Below are positions 61,406 through 64,000 of a stretch of DNA of 64,000 nucleotides, one piece after another. How positions within the stretch are numbered: position 1 is the stretch's first letter; the number at the start of each line of letters is the position of its first letter. The notes under the pieces are model-generated. The model did not search any database. It was given only the letters and a program-made list of their open reading frames with translations, and had not been told where the DNA came from. The position numbers and the translations under genes were made by a program. This stretch comes from Nocardioidaceae bacterium (GTDB lineage: Bacteria; Actinomycetota; Actinomycetes; Propionibacteriales; Nocardioidaceae), in assembly GCA_025980475.1 (NCBI GenBank), contig JAICXL010000005.1, positions 4,636 through 68,635 on the forward strand, written 5' to 3'.

Positions 61406-62479
61406 GTGAGTGCCAGCGACGCCGACCGCGAGCCGTACGCCGCCGGGCCGGTCGCCGCCCTGCGCCGGATCGCGTTCCTGCTCGAGCGCACCCAGCAGGA
61501 GACCTACAAGGTCAAGGCCTACCGGGGCGCCGCGGACACGATCCTGCAGCTTGATCCCGACGACGTCGCCGCGCGGGTCCGCGAGGGCCGGCTGCGCGAG
61601 CTGCCCGGGATCGGTGCCTCGACCGCACAGGTCATCGAGGAGGCCGTCGAAGGCCGCGTGCCCGAGCGGCTGGCGAAGCTCGAGCGGGAGCTCGGTGGCC
61701 CGCTGGTGGAGGGGGGTACGACGCTCCGCCCGCTGCTCCGTGGCGACCTGCACTCCCACTCGGACTGGTCCGACGGCGGCTCGCCGATCGAGGAGATGGC
61801 GTTCACCGCGATGGAGGTCGGCCACGACTACCTGGTGCTGACCGACCACTCGCCCCGGTTGAAGGTGGCCAACGGGCTCTCGGCCGCCCGGCTAGCCCGG
61901 CAGCTCGAGGTGATCGACGCGGTCAACGAGCACGTGTCGTCGGGAGCCCCGGCGTCCGACGGGTTCCGGCTGCTGAAGGGCATCGAGGTCGACATCCTCG
62001 ACGACGGCTCCCTGGACCAGACCGAGGAGATGCTGGGCAGGCTCGACGTGAGGGTCGCCTCGGTCCACTCCAAGCTGCGGATGGAGGAGGCCGCGATGAC
62101 CCGCCGGATGGTGGCCGCGGCCCGCAACCGGTTCACCAACGTGCTCGGCCACTGCACCGGCCGGCTGGTCAAGGGCGGTCGCGGCATCCGGCCACAGTCG
62201 CAGTTCGACGCCCGGGCTGTCTTCGAGGCCTGCGCCGAGCACGACGTCGCAGTGGAGATCAACTCCCGCCCCGAGCGCCGGGACCCGCCCACCGACCTGC
62301 TGCGGCTGGCGATCGACCTCGGCTGCATCTTCTCGATCGACTCCGACTCCCATGCCCCCGGCCAGCTGGACTTCCTGGTCCATGGCTGCGCCCGCGCCGA
62401 GGAGCTGGGCCTGTCGCCCGACCGGATCGTGAACACCTGGCCCCGCGAGAAGCTGCTGGCCTGGGCCGCGAAGGGGTGA
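61406..62479 (+). CDS. PHP-domain protein with N-terminal helix-hairpin-helix region (PolX-like C-terminal architecture, no polymerase palm seen)
   Basis: LPGIGASTAQVI HhH motif and PHP motifs GDLHSHSDWSDG, LVLTDHS and SDSH. Confidence 0.8.
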   Translation: MSASDADREPYAAGPVAALRRIAFLLERTQQETYKVKAYRGAADTILQLDPDDVAARVREGRLRELPGIGASTAQVIEEAVEGRVPERLAKLERELGGPLVEGGTTLRPLLRGDLHSHSDWSDGGSPIEEMAFTAMEVGHDYLVLTDHSPRLKVANGLSAARLARQLEVIDAVNEHVSSGAPASDGFRLLKGIEVDILDDGSLDQTEEMLGRLDVRVASVHSKLRMEEAAMTRRMVAAARNRFTNVLGHCTGRLVKGGRGIRPQSQFDARAVFEACAEHDVAVEINSRPERRDPPTDLLRLAIDLGCIFSIDSDSHAPGQLDFLVHGCARAEELGLSPDRIVNTWPREKLLAWAAKG

Positions 62480-62500
62480 CCGGCGGGGTACCTTCTCGAC

Positions 62501-63025
62501 ATGGCAGGAGGTGTGCGAGAGGACGTCGAGGTGCGCCGCTCCCGCCGGCGCACGCGCACGGTGTCGGCCTACCGCAAGGACGGCAAGGTGATCGTGCTGA
62601 TCCCGGCCCGCTTCAGCCGGGCCGAGGAGGACGAGTGGGTCACCACGATGCTCGGCCGGCTCGAGCGGTCGGAGGCCCGGCGCCGGCGCACCGACGACCA
62701 GCTCATGCGTCGGGCGCAGCAGCTCAGCGAGGAGTGGCTCCACGGCCGGGCCGAGCCGGTCTCGGTGCGCTGGGTCGACAACATGACCACCCGCTGGGGC
62801 TCGTGCACCACCGTCGACCGGACCATCCGGTTGTCCGACCGGCTCCAGCAGATGCCGTCCTGGGTGGTCGACTACGTGCTGCTCCACGAGCTGGCACACC
62901 TGCTCGAGCCCGGGCACAACCAGCGGTTCTGGCGCTGGGTCGACCAGTTCCCCAGGGCCGAGCGCGCCAAGGGCTATCTCGAGGGCGTCGCCCAGGCGGC
63001 GAACCTGCAGCTCGACGAGCTCTGA
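62501..63025 (+). CDS. M48/DUF45 (YgjP-like) zinc metallopeptidase family protein
   Basis: HELAHL zinc motif (VLLHELAHLLEPGHN) and the RWGSC block typical of DUF45. Confidence 0.8.
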   Translation: MAGGVREDVEVRRSRRRTRTVSAYRKDGKVIVLIPARFSRAEEDEWVTTMLGRLERSEARRRRTDDQLMRRAQQLSEEWLHGRAEPVSVRWVDNMTTRWGSCTTVDRTIRLSDRLQQMPSWVVDYVLLHELAHLLEPGHNQRFWRWVDQFPRAERAKGYLEGVAQAANLQLDEL

Positions 63026-63052
63026 GGTCTCCTCGACCGGTTGCCGACCCAG

Positions 63053-63616
63053 TCACCCGGGAAGCCGGGCCAGCGACAGTCGCACCAGCTCGAGCATGTC
63101 CGGCGCGTCTGTCGGCAGGTCGTCCACCGGCCACCAGCGCACGTCCAGCGACTCCTCGCTGACCGCGGGCACCGTCGCGGCCGGGACCCGCGCGCAGAAC
63201 CGCACGTCGAGGTGCTGCACCTGCCCGCGCGGGTCGCAGAAGTCCACCGGGTGCCGGGACAGGTGGACCGGCGCGGGGTCCACGACGAGGCCGGGTACGC
63301 CGGACTCCTCGGTCGCCTCGCGCAGCGCAGCGCCGGACAGTGACTGGTCCGCCGGCTCGAGGTGGCCGCCGAAGTGGAACCAGCGGCGCGCCTTGCGGTG
63401 CAGGTTCAGCAGCACCTGCGCTCCGTCGTCGCTGACCACCAGGGCACCTGCGGTCAGGTGGGCCGGGAAGCACGACCGGGAGCACCCGTCGGGATGGACA
63501 GCCAGGTGGCCGACGTACGCCTTGCGCAGGGCCTCCTGGGCGGGGTCCGGCGGCTGCCAGGCGGACAGCACCGCCCGGGCGTCCGCGTGCAGGTCCGGCC
63601 CCGGGCCGACGCTCAC
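63053..63616 (-). CDS. NUDIX hydrolase
   Basis: Nudix box GGHLEPADQSLSGAALREATEESGV. GTG 63616 forms a GTGA overlap with the upstream gene's stop. Confidence 0.8.
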   Translation of the reverse strand: MSVGPGPDLHADARAVLSAWQPPDPAQEALRKAYVGHLAVHPDGCSRSCFPAHLTAGALVVSDDGAQVLLNLHRKARRWFHFGGHLEPADQSLSGAALREATEESGVPGLVVDPAPVHLSRHPVDFCDPRGQVQHLDVRFCARVPAATVPAVSEESLDVRWWPVDDLPTDAPDMLELVRLSLARLPG

Positions 63617-64000
63617 GCGCCGGTGTCGTCGCCGGGACCGTCCGGGTCGTCCGGGTCGTCGGGCGAGCCGGACCCGAGCAGCTCTTCCAGGGCCCGGTCG
63701 AACTCCTCCGAGCTGAGCTCGGTCGGCTCGGAGAGGTCCTCGCGGAAGCCGAGCGGGTCGTCGAGGTCCGCCGCCGTGGGGAGCAGGTCGGGATGGGCCC
63801 AGACCGCGTCCCGCCCCTCCTGGCCCTGGCGGGAGCGGAGCGAGCCCCACAGGGTGGAGGCGTCGCGCAGCCGGCGCGGCCGCAGCTCGAGACCGACCAG
63901 CGCCGCGAAGGTCTGCTCGGCGGGGCCACCGGCGGCACGACGGCGCCGGATGGCCTCCTGGAGCTTGGCGGCTTCGGGCATCCGCTCCGCGGCGGCCTGG
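63613..64000 (-). CDS. zinc-dependent metalloprotease-like (DUF2342-type) protein, C-terminal part only (5' end outside window)
   Basis: ..FAALVGLELRPRRLRDASTLW.. block followed by an acidic Asp/Pro tail. The ORF is open to the window end. Confidence 0.5.
   Translation of the reverse strand, partial: QAAAERMPEAAKLQEAIRRRRAAGGPAEQTFAALVGLELRPRRLRDASTLWGSLRSRQGQEGRDAVWAHPDLLPTAADLDDPLGFREDLSEPTELSSEEFDRALEELLGSGSPDDPDDPDGPGDDTGA

Noticed and set aside
1-64000. CRISPR arrays, tRNA/rRNA genes, transposases, integrases, and prophage or defence-island hallmarks.
   Set aside because: Reading both strands, I found no repeat-spacer architecture (the only tandem repeats are short coding repeats at 4912-4966, 40824-41003, 56675-56710 and 60409-60468). 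I found no cloverleaf-like intergenic sequences and no recombinase or transposase motifs. The accessory blocks therefore lack visible mobility genes.

Overview
High-GC (about 70%) actinobacterial chromosomal window; Nocardioides-like by composition and gene content, but that taxonomic call is a guess. I support about 65 protein genes and saw no rRNA, tRNA, CRISPR array, transposase or integrase. The backbone is the conserved actinobacterial neighbourhood that, from memory, corresponds to roughly Rv3196-Rv3214 in M. tuberculosis: histidine phosphatase, PHP phosphoesterase, ParA-like ATPase, DEAD-box helicase, DUF3107, TetR, MoeZ, MGMT-like ATL, AdnA/AdnB, NudC, mycoredoxin, UvrD2, WhiB7 and ABC1 kinase. 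Accessory blocks interrupt it: three tandem secreted S1-protease paralogues (the third has lost its catalytic residues); an N-heterocycle catabolic island (FdrA/DUF1116/DUF2877 trio, PucR, NCS2 permease, form-II CoxL-like Mo hydroxylase, amidase, hydantoinase A/B, and carbamate kinase next to a barbiturase/cyanuric-acid-hydrolase homologue); an Srs-like type III PKS phenolic-lipid cluster; and an ECF sigma module. Main leads: (1) the catabolic island could encode an undescribed, ATP-yielding variant of oxidative pyrimidine (barbiturate) degradation, in which an oxamate-carbamoyltransferase-like trio phosphorolyses ureidomalonate; (2) a DnaA-box-like motif (CTTCC)TGTGGAC recurs in phased arrays at three intergenic loci, each 30-31 nt upstream of a -10 element, and at two of the loci that -10 sits 6 nt before a start codon (leaderless promoters); (3) a complete whiB7 uORF/terminator attenuator; (4) a 90-bp in-frame tandem duplication in a CoA-transferase that is 29/30 identical in protein but differs at 18/90 nucleotides. 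All calls rest on reading the sequence, motif recognition and recalled family knowledge; no searches were run.
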